Shown here piece after piece: positions 51,385 to 62,477 of a DNA stretch of 64,000 nt. The position numbers and the translations under genes were made by a program. Each line of letters opens with the position of its first letter. Within the stretch, counting starts at the first letter, position 1. This stretch comes from Phoronis australis (lineage: Eukaryota > Animalia > Phoronida), in the NCBI GenBank assembly GCA_002633005.1, contig NMRA01000394.1, forward strand, positions 360,486 through 424,485. The letters are read 5' to 3'. The notes under the pieces are model-generated. The model ran no database searches. It had not been told where the DNA came from and worked only from the letters and a program-made list of their open reading frames with translations.

Positions 51385-54300
51385 CAGAAAATGTACAGAT
51401 TGACATCAGAGTTTCATTGTTTTTGTTTTGTTTTTTCGATCTACAAAACTTGATTCAGTGAGCGTCTAGTCTTGTTTGTGTACCAACTTTTTCTCGTCGC
51501 CCGAAACGCTTTCGGATAAAGATTTATGATACAGAAGTGAATATTCCATAACCCTTTAAATGGCACTTGATGTATTTATGCACATTAACTTTTATTCTTG
51601 TGCGAGTTTTAAAAATAATATAAGTAGCTATAACTGCGACATGTGATTGATGTCAAGTCAGGTGGCGCCAGCACTCTAAAACTTTCCATCACTCCTTGTG
51701 GAGATTTAATGATGTAATTCCTGGAGTGTGGCTTCTGTTCACAGGTTGACATAACAAAACTCCTAATATTCCGACAGTGTTGTGATTGGTTTTCGACTGA
51801 TGCATGACAATGATACCATTAGGCTATCCTATAGCATGTCTCTTGGAGTTGTTCTGCTGCGTTAAACGTCAGAATTCGTAAGCCAAAGTAGTTTGTGTCT
51901 GCAGATCTTATCAAGCCATTCAATTTCAACTACCGTGGTTTGCCTAAACTTCTTAAAGGGTATGAGCTGAAAACATACTAAGATTTCTAATCCAGCTACG
52001 GCAAATGGAAGACGATAACAAAGTCTTTTACTTTTTCAAGCAAGGGCAATCCAATATACTGGCACGATAAAAGATGGAAACGTCAAAGCACCTGTACGAA
52101 ATGACATAGTAGATACCTGCGGCACAAACTTGTATGAACGTGTATGTAGTCTTGTTTAGTAAACACTCAACGATTTTAAATGTAAGAACTCTATAACTAC
52201 ATTAAGAATCTGCCATGCACGTTATTTTGTGTCAACCGTGAACAACGTTTCTGGCGAACAAACTTGCGTGCGCTTGCATAAACTGCGTTTGACATTCGCT
52301 GATATCATGGACACATTTGATGTATCACCTGTGCTCGAATCAAGAAAGTACGCCGTCATGATTCCGACGTCCTTTGGTCCGACTGTTTATGACAACAGCA
52401 TTCTTACTGAATATTTGTCTCAATCGACAATACTTGGTCAGCTATACTTTGTAAACATGACAAAATGCTTCCTCCTCGAAAATGAATAGGTTTAACTCCT
52501 TATTAATGAATTATTTATTATTGAGTAATAGGATATTAATAAAGTATGATTTGCATTTAATAGAGTTTGCGGTGGTAGTACAAAGTAAACACTTCCTTCA
52601 GCAGCTCTGTAAAACATAATTACAAAATTCGCGGAGTATTAGTTTTAGACATATCAGCAAGACATTTAAATAATTAAACAAACGCCTGTGGTGCAAAACG
52701 TCTAAGTATTGATCTCAAATAATTGCTTTGTTTTTTTTTTGTTTTTTTTTAATTTTCGTGTCTTGTCATTTGTTTCTTGCTGTGGAAATCGAATAGCTGG
52801 TGACCCTTCATCTAGTGGGGAAAGCTTTACACTACACGATACCTGTTGTCTGGTAATGATTTATAGGAGTAGATAGCGCTCTCACAATAGAACCTTTCGT
52901 GCTTTGTCCCAATCGACATCAGGTCCGCGGGTATGGTTTGGTTTTCGAGGTGCGTGTGCGAAGTTTAGGGACACGGATATAGTGGAATCTGTGCCACGGA
53001 TTTGGTTTTTGTTGGTCTGGGACTAGGGTTTACGAGATCTAAGCTGGACTTTAGATGCGTGGCCATGAAATCGTGTCCCCACCTGTAGCATCTCTGTGGA
53101 AAGTTTGTGCTTGCCACAGAAAGAGGGGGCAATATCCGGGTAATTTTACAGGCTTTTCTGCTCGTCTAAACTGACTACACATAAACGAATATTTGAAGAA
53201 TCTGTATCCATTTGTTTCAAATTGAAAAGCCTTTAAAGTTAACTACGGCGTAAACCATGCCCATGACCCTAATTGGCCAATAGGAATCCATCCTCAAGTT
53301 AAATTATTTCTATTACGTTAAAGGGGTATTCCTTTCAAATAAGATATCGTTAATATGTATAACATGAATATACCAATGTGAGAGTATCCTTGATATGATA
53401 CATATACCAACTAATTACTAAATTTGACTGGATTGTTAGCTTTTTGGCCGCGAACCATATGTTACCGGTCGACGCTTTGAAAAGTCTGTTAGTGCATGGA
53501 CATCACTTTTAGTCCTGGTACAGAAAGGCATATTTTGTGCATTTTAGGAAATATGGTAATAACTAAATGTCCCATAATAATATGTCGCTTTTTCAAAGAC
53601 GTTGCGAAAGCAATTTTAGTAATTCAATATGATTTTGAATTTGACTGAAACACAATCCGCACGTTTGCAAATGTACTTAAAAGACACTACGCTTTTGAAT
53701 TTTGACAGGAGAGTTTATAAAAACCATGGAATTCAAACAAAAACAGAGCTAGGATAATAAAAATGCTGGTGTATTTGTAAATGGGATTAAAAACAACTTC
53801 GTCAACTACCGGCAAACCAAAGTAGAAGGTTTCAAACATTTACCTAGTTAGCGTTATGTGCTATGAATCATCGCTACACTGAGGTCTGTCTGTTTTGTGG
53901 CGCATGTGATGTTACTAATATTATTTACTTCATCTTAATTATCGCATCGGATTAGTTCGCTTATTGAATTGTCAGTTTAACTGTTTTCACCTCAAGTTTT
54001 AATAAGTTTGTGCTGTAAAGCAAACACTATTTGATGATTTAATTCTAGTAATCTTTGAACTTAAGGGGGTTTCGTTGCTCTTTGATCTTGCCCGAGATGA
54101 TTTCTTATCCCAGGCGCTTTGGGGCTTAGAAATAATACCATGCTCATGCCGACTGGCAACTCAAATTACAAACAATGCGTCATTTTCGGTTAAGCTTACC
54201 TCTTACCTCTAACAAATTCTGAAGCGTTTTCTGGAGTCGCTGATGATTTCGATGTTTTGGTAATGAAAATGGACTTTAATTACGTTAAGGAATATTATGT

Positions 54301-54930
54301 GACATATTTTATAAATTTAGATGGCTTAATGCGTTTTCAGTTTTGGTAGCTAAACACAGAAATTTGTAGTTCTGATTCCAAACATCTTAACTGAACAGCC
54401 AAGTCATGGCACTGTTTTGTCTCTGAAGATATAAGTTGTTTTTTTTACGAAATTATCCGACTGTGTAACTTTGAACTTGATCAACTATCAGAGGTGCACT
54501 GAAGTTCCCAACGGCATTCCCTCTCTGAAACCAATGTTATAGAGTTCTATTTTCATTAAATCAACAGATCTGATTTTCGCCTTCTCCTTTATTTTTACTT
54601 TGATGGGTACTACTATCGTTTCTCAACTATGTCCCCAAGTGTACTTTGACACCTTTGCACAGACCTCAAAACAACGCAATAATCAAGAGTTACCTCTATT
54701 TTCGTGGTGTACGGGAACTTGTAGTAGGCGATAAACAGAAGAGTGATTTGCCACGTTGCCACACCGAGACCTCCGAGTGAAATGAGTAGCCAAAACACTT
54801 TCTTGTAGACATTGTTGGTGGATACGATTTTTGGCCATCCATGACCGGAGGTTCCTTCTCCAAACGCTCGAAGGATGCCCTGCAACGTGTCCGGTTTCCC
54901 TACGTGCTCGTCTGACTCCGTGGAATCCAT
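26414..54930 (-). CDS. DEG/ENaC (amiloride-sensitive sodium channel superfamily) subunit, 13 coding exons, 714 aa: complement join(54930-54694,49667-49523,48580-48542,47975-47437,38495-38275,38059-37956,37209-37046,36806-36717,35741-35633,31045-30915,29551-29478,27394-27319,26629-26414)
   Basis: All introns are GT-AG with matching phases; the exons total 2145 nt in one open frame. Hallmark motifs: TSGHG (HG motif), TM1, [46 protein letters not shown], Cys-rich thumb (CTKSC...CGC...CPCWQSC), [10 protein letters not shown], and TM2 [20 protein letters not shown]. Confidence 0.95.
27319..27394 (-). CDS. DEG/ENaC exon 12 ([25 protein letters not shown])
   Basis: TTTCAG acceptor, CCG|GTAAGT donor, phase 2 to 0. 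Confidence 0.92.
27436..28587. mobile_element. TTAA-flanked non-autonomous element (Kolobok/piggyBac-type) with nested MITE at 28055-28169
   Basis: TTAA|GGGGGTTCCGATA...TGTCGAACCCC|TTAA imperfect TIR. The nested CATGCGCG...GGGTACGCACATG copy has GACTT/TACTT flanks. Confidence 0.65.
29478..29551 (-). CDS. DEG/ENaC exon 11 ([24 protein letters not shown])
   Basis: TTTCAG acceptor, AA|GTAAGA donor. Phase 0 to 2 exactly bridges exons 10 and 12. Confidence 0.85.
30915..31045 (-). CDS. DEG/ENaC exon 10 (DCLDRVE...CPCWQSC...[11 protein letters not shown])
   Basis: TTGTAG acceptor, AAG|GTGAAG donor; conserved Cys residues and the S...WPS motif. Confidence 0.92.
31153..31280. mobile_element. Short GC-rich MITE with perfect 5-bp TSD
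   Basis: CATAGACGGATCCAG...CTGGATCTGCCCTTG termini; GATTC on both flanks. A truncated relative starts at 31582 (CAGTGGCGGATCT). Confidence 0.75.
32230..32570. repeat. Degenerate tandem array of TCACGAGACCAAAAGTACAC-like motifs (~6 copies)
   Basis: Motif variants at ~32235, 32291, 32345, 32400, 32478 and 32545. Confidence 0.55.
32960..33270 (-). pseudogene. hAT transposase fragment (ZMYM1/THAP12-like clade)
   Basis: Minus-strand translation ...[35 protein letters not shown]...[21 protein letters not shown] matches the D(I/L)VxAxxxI...PRxxxxQxxRxNxPxxTP pattern of these transposases. There is an in-frame stop upstream. Confidence 0.65.
35172..35342. repeat. ~170-bp palindromic hairpin element
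   Basis: Arms CAAAACGTAC/GTACGTTTTG, GTACCTCGATTGGCGTA/TACGCCAATCGAGGTAC, AAGTAATA/TATTACTT and GCGTATCGAC/GTCGATACGC surround a central CTTCGG. Confidence 0.88.
35633..35741 (-). CDS. DEG/ENaC exon 9 ([20 protein letters not shown]...CNTITE)
   Basis: TTTTAG acceptor, C|GTAAGT donor; thumb-domain cysteines. Confidence 0.93.
36281..36332 (+). ncRNA. Candidate minimal type I hammerhead ribozyme (Penelope-like element remnant)
   Basis: CTGAAGA (36289-36295), stem II GACT/AGTC, GAAA (36314-36317), very short stem III, GTC triplet (36320-36322), and weak stem I (ATTATCTT vs AAAAAGTAAT). Confidence 0.55.
36717..36806 (-). CDS. DEG/ENaC exon 8 ([14 protein letters not shown]...YSIP)
   Basis: TTTCAG acceptor, CCG|GTAAGA donor; 90 nt; LPxPWGxC motif. 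Confidence 0.93.
37046..37209 (-). CDS. DEG/ENaC exon 7 ([12 protein letters not shown]...GMRILVH...SVSLRR)
   Basis: CTTTAG acceptor, AGA|GTAAGC donor; palm/beta-ball motifs. Confidence 0.94.
37956..38059 (-). CDS. DEG/ENaC exon 6 ([17 protein letters not shown]...GPKYG)
   Basis: TGCTAG acceptor, G|GTAAGT donor; family signature GNCYTFN. Confidence 0.95.
38275..38495 (-). CDS. DEG/ENaC exon 5 (ETIDMGD...[21 protein letters not shown])
   Basis: CTTCAG acceptor, GA|GTAAGT donor; GHxLxDMIxxCxYxGxxC motif. Confidence 0.94.
39278..39454. mobile_element. PIF/Harbinger-like MITE with internal 13-bp tandem repeat
   Basis: ACACACTCCGA...TCGGAGTGTGCAGACAGGGCC ends; (TACGACAGTCGTA)-like x4 at 39361-39420. 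A similar right end GTGTACACAGGGGC|TTA occurs at ~31955-31972. Confidence 0.55.
40250..40560 (+). repeat. Diverged interspersed repeat, second copy at ~46170-46490
   Basis: Shared TTTGGCTxACTT...ATACTATGxTTxATGCACTxxTCTCCAAAACT...AGTTGCA segments. Confidence 0.6.
41521..41578. repeat. (GT/GC)n microsatellite
   Basis: GTGCGTGCGTGT...GTGTGTGT run seen directly. Confidence 0.9.
44032..44425 (+). pseudogene. Degenerate THAP domain at the 5' end of a transposon relic (ISL2EU/Harbinger-like)
   Basis: With one +1 frameshift at 44167: [39 protein letters not shown]...[29 protein letters not shown]. This is a complete C2CH THAP pattern with three stops. It is preceded by a CCGCCATATTGG motif. Confidence 0.8.
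45465..45830 (+). mobile_element. Tc1/mariner-pogo-like relic carrying a HIRAN-like ORF fragment
   Basis: 45512-45640 translates [34 protein letters not shown] (DxxAVxV...VGHxPR motif). Downstream GGGCGCTAATTAGGGCGAATAGCGGCA resembles a degenerate ...AATACGGTA terminus. Confidence 0.55.
47437..47975 (-). CDS. DEG/ENaC exon 4: Gln/Thr/Asn-rich repeat insert ending in RKRR
   Basis: TTACAG|GC acceptor (phase 1) and ACG|GTATGT donor (phase 0). The exon is 539 nt and open, and its phases bridge exon 3 to exon 5. Confidence 0.85.
48542..48580 (-). CDS. DEG/ENaC exon 3, 39-nt micro-exon ([14 protein letters not shown])
   Basis: ATTTCAG acceptor and CAG|GTAAGT donor; symmetric phase 1-1; Gly-rich like the start of exon 4. 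Confidence 0.75.
49523..49667 (-). CDS. DEG/ENaC exon 2 ([20 protein letters not shown]...NKMF)
   Basis: TTCCAG|ATG acceptor, A|GTAAGT donor; FPAVTICN signature. Confidence 0.95.
51225..51380. repeat. Compound microsatellite (TA)n-(TACGTA/TACGTG)n-(TATGTA)n-(TA)n
   Basis: Seen directly. It produces the spurious YIYIY/TCTCT/VYVYV ORFs. Confidence 0.95.
54694..54930 (-). CDS. DEG/ENaC first coding exon (MDSTESD...TSGHGW...TM1...FPYTTKIE)
   Basis: GCGATGG start context; donor GAG|GTAACT. A probable acceptor TTTCCTCCAG lies upstream, so the exon would begin at 55045 in the 5' UTR. Confidence 0.94.
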
Positions 54931-56744
54931 CGCTTTCTTTTCTGGGACCGCTGGTCCCAGTTGCTGTATCTTTCCTATGTTGACGCCGTTCCCGTCTGAT
55001 CAAATATTCAAATGAGGCTTTCAGTCGTGATACACGTTAAATACACTGGAGGAAAGTGAACGGCGGTCAATACCTCTTTGTTATCTTTGCAAACGATGTT
55101 TCTGTAATGAGACGGAAACAGGTGAATAATACTTCTCTGTCTAGAATGCAACGTATTGCATCACTGGGCATGTATTTTATTAACATGTATCATTTGGTCA
55201 ATAACATTTTTCAAAGAGTTCCACCAGTAACCACTGAACTGGTGGGTAGCGACTAAATGGACAAGACAATACTAAAATTAGGTTTGTAGTTGTGCATATT
55301 TGGTCAAAAATTAATGTTAATGTTCTAGATGAAATAAATGGCGACACAATTAAGTGCATGTCGAGAAGTGTTTGCCTGTCGCAAAAGGATAACTACGCCC
55401 ATGTTGGATGACAACTCGTAACTGAGAAAACACTACTCGTTAAAGAGGCATGGAACGCGAAGGCTCGCAAAAATATTCTTTAAACAATTCTTGACGAAAG
55501 TAGCATTGCGCATTGTCTACTACAGTGTACTTCACTTCTTCCGTGATGAAATTTCCAGAAAAATTCACAAAATTGACGATTTTCAAAATATGCGGTAACC
55601 ACAGATTTTCTAATATTCCTCCTACTGATGATAAATGCGCACGTGCGCTCACATTCATTAGACAAACAGTTGGCTGAGAAGCTAGATATTAACGGGATTG
55701 CACTCCGACTCTGAGGTCAACAGCAAAGTATGAGGCAAGCCACTGAAGCAAGCAATTTTCCAATAGGACAGACTGCTGCTTGAAGTCACCATTGCAATGT
55801 TTACATCAAAGGCCAAAGGTCAATTTCCATATAAGGAAATGTGCTACGTCTATGTCTTTCCATACCAAATAATTAGACGTGATTTGCCTTGTGGGAAAAA
55901 ATCAGCATTTGACAGATCGTTTTTTGAAATTTGAAAGTAAAAGAAAAACGCTTTGACATCAACCGGAATTCAAAATATTTACGAACAAATCGTAAAAATA
56001 CCTGATGAACGGGTCTCTTTAATTGTTTGAAGTGCTGCATGTACACTACGTGTTCATATAAGGCCACGCTCTAATATCCGAAATAACGTGTTCAAAAAAC
56101 ATTTGGCTTAAGTGTTTCACAGACAGGTGCGTGCTCCTGTGCTTTTCTTATCATTCCAAGCAGCTTTTCTGCATTTTTTCAATTGGGTGTTTTTTTCTGT
56201 GCGTCTTTGTCATTTCTGCACACATTTTAATAGTAAGTGATTTATACATGTTCACAACTACGGTAATGTAACGAACAAGTCAAACTTTCATGCACATGCT
56301 ATTTTTAAGATTGCTTCCTGGTTTTCGCGGCTCAGATGTCGCATACAGATTGCGCTTAATTCCGGAAATTATTAAACGCACTGGTACACATATAGGCGCA
56401 TACAGAGCAATATATTACCTCTAGATGTTGCTTGTTACTGAGATACAATTTATTTCAACTTCAAACTCAATTAGAATAGTTTTCTTTTAAAAAATCAGTT
56501 AAAGTGAGAGTTCAAAGATCCTCGTTAATAGCAGACATTCCTAGTTATTGTGTTCATGTACAAGTTGAACCTTTCCACTGAATATTGTAAAGTACGTGAA
56601 ATACATTTTTGGTATTTATGGCAAAAACATTTCTTTGCGCACGTGATCAATGTAAAATTTCTCAAAGGATTTACTACACAAAAATGGACAAACTATTTTT
56701 TCATTGACTTGCTGGCGACAACATTTATGTGTATTTGAGATAGA

Positions 56745-56803
56745 GGCAAATTCGAACCTGTAACCTCAGCGATCGCAGTCTTACGCTTTACTAGAAGGGG
56801 CTA
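56745..56803 (-). mobile_element. Degenerate tRNA-derived SINE head / tRNA pseudogene
   Basis: Minus strand reads TAGCCCCTTCTAGTAAAGCGTAAGACTGCGATCGCTGAGGTTACAGGTTCGAATTTGCC, with an A-box-like start and B-box GGTTCGAAT at tRNA spacing. The stems do not fold fully. Confidence 0.5.
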
Positions 56804-57076
56804 AAAGCAAATATGGCAAGAAGCCGAGTATTTAACTTGAAAGTTCGCAGGCCTCGATTTCCGTTCATTCTACCAAATGGTCAGGAGTAGACGATTTCTG
56901 ATAAAATCACGCAACAACGTGGCAGAAGTTCGTGTTTTATCGCTCAAGCCGAACCTAATAACTTCTAGAGCGCACAATAATCCAAAAATCCTTTGCCTTT
57001 TCAGTCCGTGGCATCATCAGGGTGATTCCGTTTGCCCTGTTCATTGACTGAATGAGCGAAAAAATGTGAGTCCACT

Positions 57077-57145
57077 CATAGACTATAGTAGATGGACCGC
57101 CAACTCCGTATGTCGGAGTTGCGAATCTGTTGTCTATAGTCTATG
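57077..57145. mobile_element. 69-bp miniature inverted-repeat element (P-element-like termini)
   Basis: 12-bp TIR CATAGACTATAG...CTATAGTCTATG with inner CAACTCCG/CGGAGTTG; flanks GTCCACT/GTTCATT. Confidence 0.6.
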
Positions 57146-57855
57146 GTTCATTCTAAGGTGGGTACTATCATGGAAGTTTTGAGGTCGACATGCATGCAGT
57201 AGTCCGATCGCCTCCCCTTGTTGGCAAGCGATTGGTCTGTTGCAGACGAGTTCACGATTTCCCACGATAAATTACGTAGCCGAAGATTGCACACGCTTTC
57301 CGTAGAAGTGCTTTATATTCTCAGTTCTTTGAGCCTTTTATTTATTGTGAGGTGTGAGGTGAAAATCGAGATAATGATTTTAAGTACATTTGTATTTTTA
57401 ATTTGATGACCTTGGACTGTACTTTGAATGATGCACTTTGAAATAGATGAATAAATAAATATTGCATTAGATTATATCAATATTTACTCCGTTGTAGGGT
57501 CACTTTCTGATTTTATGTCTTATCACCCGAGTAACCATTAATGAGTTAGACATCATTGATTTAAAACTGAGAACAACTGCAGCACAAGCACAAGTGCTGA
57601 GAATGCGTGTGTAGAATTGAATAGTTTCACGCATTGAAAATCGATGTGCATTAGACTTGATGGCAATTATTAAGCATTTTCATTTCCGATGTTAACAGTA
57701 TGGTGAGATGGACCCTGGGTATTGGTATTGCCCGTGAGAGCCGGATATCAATGGGAAAGCCATTGACCCGTGGGAATAGCCATACCTGTACAATGTTGAT
57801 CAATGCATCTGCTCTGTTTCAAAAGACAATTTCATTGAAGTCCTGAGAAGTATCA

Positions 57856-58024
57856 CAATGACGGATCCAGGAGGGGATCCATGATTTTAGTTAAGGGGGC
57901 CAGGGCAGAGTATTAGCCAGGATTTTGCCCGTCAGGCATTCGCACCCCCGAAATGCCAAATGGAATCTTAGAGAGTTTTAGGGGGGGCTATGACCCCCTT
58001 GGCCCCCCTCTAAATCCACCACTG
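57856..58024. mobile_element. GC-rich MITE, same family as 14779-14898
   Basis: Shared TATTAGCCAGGATTTTGxCCGTCAGxCATTCxCACCCCCGAA and CCCCCTCTAAAT...CCAxTG. Confidence 0.75.
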
Positions 58025-60827
58025 GGATTTATGATGACACAAAAGCTGGAGAATTTTTCAGGGTGAAATGTCCGCGGTGGATCATGACCTGAATTGTTGG
58101 ATCAGCACATGTTCTTCTGTGGTTTGACACCCGGCCGAAATTTGATAGTGGCCTCAAATAAATTTAATGCGAATGTGTGCGCGCAATACGTCTCTCTTGA
58201 TTTATTTAGTTTAGTTGTTCTTTTTCGTCCATTTTTGTTATTTACGGTGCTTTTTCATTCACGCGCAATCTTTGTGATCTTTTTATATACCGAGTGCGAT
58301 TCCTGCTAATAAAGAAAATTCCAGCACTTTAATAACGCTTAAAACGACTAAATTTAAATTTAATCGAATTCTTAGTATTTCATATATCAAAACTAATCAT
58401 GATTTTTAATTAGGTACAAAAAATCTCCAAAGTCGCTTGTCTGCGTTCGTTAACGATATTCTCAATTACCGGCAATCGGTGTCCCTGCAAAAGTCAGACC
58501 TGAGTCTATTGTTGGGAAAGGACACAAGGTTTTGGGGTTGTTTTTATACCCGGGTTAAAAATCACGATTCGTTCCGGTGTATGAAGCACAAAAAATCGAT
58601 TTAATTTGATTTTTAGCCGCCTTATTCGCCAAAGTTGAGCCCAGCAAATTTATGCAAAGGGCTTTATAGCAAAGAAACTGTTTAATTTACATTTGTTTCG
58701 TCTAGCCCAACCCGAACTCCTGTCAAGTAAATGGATAGCTTCGGTACTCAGCTAGGACCCCCCTCCCCAAGCCTAGGCACCATTACGAAGTCCTCCACAA
58801 GAGCAAAGCAAATATATAGCAACCGATTCTCTACAATGTGGTTTGATCATGTTTCACCAATATCAAAATGGGTCCAGGAGAACCATAAGCACTGTTGTAT
58901 ACAACGGTATATCCACGGCACCAAGTTTTTCAGCTACGTCGGCCTATTTACATGCCAAGCTTTATTCATAGGAGAATCTGATCGATTCAAACAGAAGCGG
59001 GGTTCAGTACTTTGCTTGCATTGTACCCTTATGTTTATCGACAACATTGGGTGCTCCAGTAAGCTATTTCCCACCACAGATGACAGTGGGAAAAGCTACT
59101 TCCGAGCAATTTGACAGCATTTGATTTTTTACTGGTGCAGTATAAGTGTCTTGGTTGACGTTCCCTTAAGTCCCGTATTCATGGTTCTGTTTTTAATACA
59201 CAATAGATACTATTAAACAGAATTATATAAAAGTAACTTTTGCAACGTTATGAAGGTGATTTTTTTCACTTTGTGTTTGATATACCTAGTCGATAATAGC
59301 AAATGTTCATTCAGGCGTATATTCATCCAAATGGGAAGTTTACTACATCCGCTTATCAGCGACAGGAACTGATTTGCAGGAGATGTCCTAAGTGCATTGT
59401 GAAATCACCTTAACGCTTAAATTCACAACCTGAGTTGGCGAACTATGGTTGTGTTAACAAGGTGCGGCGACGTGATTGGGTAGAATTATTAGCTTAATTG
59501 ACATGCCGAACTATACCATTTTGCAATATTCCATGTCGCCGGCCGGAGCGAACTCATTTTGTTGCCAAAAGTAGGCTATTTCCCTTTCATATTAGTCAGT
59601 GGGCCGTCAGGTGTAGGAGAACATTTCATGAGTACTCTCACCTGGCAATTTGATTTCGTCTCGCATGACTAAATAAAATACCTCTAATTCATTATAGAAA
59701 AAATCACGCGTTCTAAGTTACTCAGCGGTAGACGCAACTTATACATCTAAATTGTGGATGTATTGAGTTAGGGTTGTATAAAATTTTGTAACTAGTGTTG
59801 GATTCGCTATCACTTTAGCATCGCCATAAAAAATTGTCTCCGTTTAACTATAAGTGACGAGAGAGACTGGACAACCTGATTATTCTTGCAACTGAAAGTT
59901 ATTTGACAGATACCATAAGCGCTGAGGCCATCGCGAGTCTATAATGTTTCAATGTCTTCTCGTAAGTCTACAGGTCTTTGAAAACTTTAGTTGAAAGTGG
60001 TAACGTTTAATCAACCATTTTGTTTGACTGTCCTATTGTACGTTTTCTTGCAATAAATGTTTTGATACCGGGAATGTTTTTGACTGAGCTAATCAAGGAA
60101 ACTATCTAACAAGAAGGTTTCGCTGAAATACCTCCAACTGAAGGTAAGTGTAGAATAGTAAATTACTGTAAAAATTCCATTGTTGTTATTCATTGATTTA
60201 TTGTTGTGATAACGTTGTCTGCTCCATCTTGGCTTTCGGAATTTGTAGGGCAGGCTAATAAACTGTAGGGAAAATTACGCTTGATACCCCCCCTCCCCCC
60301 TCCCCTCCCCCCAAAGCAAAGGTACTACGTTCACCCCTCGTCGCGCACATATGTTACGCTCGCTCGTGCGAGAGGAAAAGAACTCAATTCGGGCAAAACC
60401 TTCCCCTAAACGAGGTTCAGTTTCGTTCCAACTCACCCGTTCAACCAATCGGGAGATTAAGCTCTATTTCGTGTAACTCTCGACGTTCCGTTTTCTAAAC
60501 GTCTGGTTTGCTAAAATCATCGAGGCTGCGTACGCTTGGCGTTTTCGGGTGAGAATCCATTCCGAAGTTCTTCAATCACGAAACACAATTAGAGCTGTGG
60601 AACTTAATTGTATTTTATGTTACACTGTATGGCCTAAAATGAACGATGTATGTTTGACTGAAATACATACTCCAATTTTTTTTTCATCGTACTTATTTCC
60701 AACTACATCAATTCTTTTAGGAGCCATCATGGTCAGGATAGATTGATTTATGACATGAAAATATCATTTTATGGATTATGAAACTCGGAACTTTTTGTCC
60801 AACCCGAGGATTAACCACGTGTTATGG

Positions 60828-60890
60828 ATTTCTAAAGGCATTTTGGGTCAGTCCGTTGATTATTTCTAAAGGCATTTTGGGTCAGTCCGT
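60828..60890. repeat. Short tandem duplication (2 x ATTTCTAAAGGCATTTTGGGTCAGTCCGT)
   Basis: Two exact adjacent copies seen directly. Confidence 0.9.
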
Positions 60891-62004
60891 CAACTTCAAG
60901 AACAAAGACTTTCTTAATTACATCAATGTGACTTGGCTCGGCTAATACATACAAGAAACGAGAACGGGTGAAGACACACTTACCATCAGTTTGTAAGAAA
61001 TGAACATAACGAAATAATCTTAGACTGATGTAGCTAACAGTGGTTCAATTGATGATCATTTAAACACCATAAATCTTTCTAGCAGCGTTCATGTCCGAAA
61101 CAAGTACATGTAGTTACAGATTAGACTGCTAAACAGAACTCTAATTATGAACTCTTATCTATACAAATTTTGAATTTCAGGTAACTCTGTAGTGCGTTAC
61201 GTTGATTGGTTCCGGAAACGTTGACCCATTTATTTTTATCATGATATTTCGCCAATCGAATTCTGAAGGTGTTCAATATTCCTATGAATATCTTAATAAC
61301 AATGTGTTAGATATAATCAAAAGACTTTTGGGGTTTCATAAGAGACATTCAGCATCAGAGTTGATTTTAGCCTCAACAAACGCTATACATAAAGAAAATG
61401 TCTGTGTAAGAAAATTAACCAAACTGTCTTCATTCCCGTCAGTAAAGGAATTGCGGCGTTTAAAAACGCCATGTAAATGGATCGTCCAGACTGCAAAGAA
61501 GTCGACGTCTGATTATTCGTTATTAAATCTAAAGTTCTTGTTCATAAAATAAAGAATGATCTATTGCCAATTGACAGGTTGTAGACTAAAGCAAGTTTGG
61601 TCAGGCTGGGATTAAGAGGATAGAGGCTACAATATCGGTAAGAACGTCCGCATAGTATCGTTCCAGGATCCTGACATAAAGCGCGGGCATTGAGATACAG
61701 GAGCTTGATCCCAACTCGTACCATGGGAAAGCACCCATACATCGCAAAAAATTACCAGCCCCCAAAAACCCTTACTTCGAAACCTAAATTCCTACTCAGG
61801 CAATTTTATCACAGACATCAATAAGTGCAAGGGACTGGGAAAAACACAATGAACCTGGGCCGGCATTTGAAATAAAATCTAGAAATCACTTTCGATCTGA
61901 GGAAGGAGCAATTTGAGATCAATTTTGTAACAATGAGCTGTCTAAATCAAAGATTTTTAGTTGTCATATAGTAAGTTCCGAGCAGCTTTACAATCTTACC
62001 ACCG

Positions 62005-62385
62005 GGATTTTCCGTAGAAAAAATTAAGGCTAGCCCACCCTATGAAACACCCATGGGCGTTTATCTGGTGTCATGTGCCCAGATAGTGGGGTGGGGCGTT
62101 TATTCGGAAAATTTCCTCTAAAAGTCCACTCGGCTTCAATTTTTTGTAACATATTCAGTTTTGTGGAGCATTTACCATTTATAAAAACGAACAGGGTGTT
62201 AGTGAACTATGGGTTTAATAACATAACAGTTTTAAGTATAAAATGTCAAAGTCAGAAAAACTATGACTTGCCGTTTACACGCCCCTTTTCCGAATATAAG
62301 CCCGGGCGTTTATTTGGTGTTACTAAAACGCCTAAAAATTTTCATTTTCCGAATACACGCCCATAGGCTTATCTACGGAATTCCC
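62005..62385. mobile_element. MITE with TTCCGTAGA...TCTACGGAA termini
   Basis: Terminal inverted match plus internal inverted motifs GGGCGTTTATTCGGAAAA / TTTTCCGAATAxAxGCCC. Confidence 0.6.
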
Positions 62386-62477
62386 GATAAGCAATTTTTT
62401 TAAATATCTAAAAGTATTATTTCCTGAAGAAATATGCATCACGCAGTAACAGATTTTATTTTTAACAGTAATCTTAC

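Noticed and set aside
50983-51461. 156-aa and 115-aa ORFs with YIYIY/TCTC/VYVY runs
   Set aside because: They are translations of a microsatellite, not proteins.
56745-56803. Functional tRNA gene
   Set aside because: Acceptor and anticodon stems do not pair properly; kept only as a SINE-like remnant.
58731-59114. 127-aa ATG-initiated ORF
   Set aside because: No recognisable motif in the frames I examined and no splice support, so it cannot be called coding without a search.
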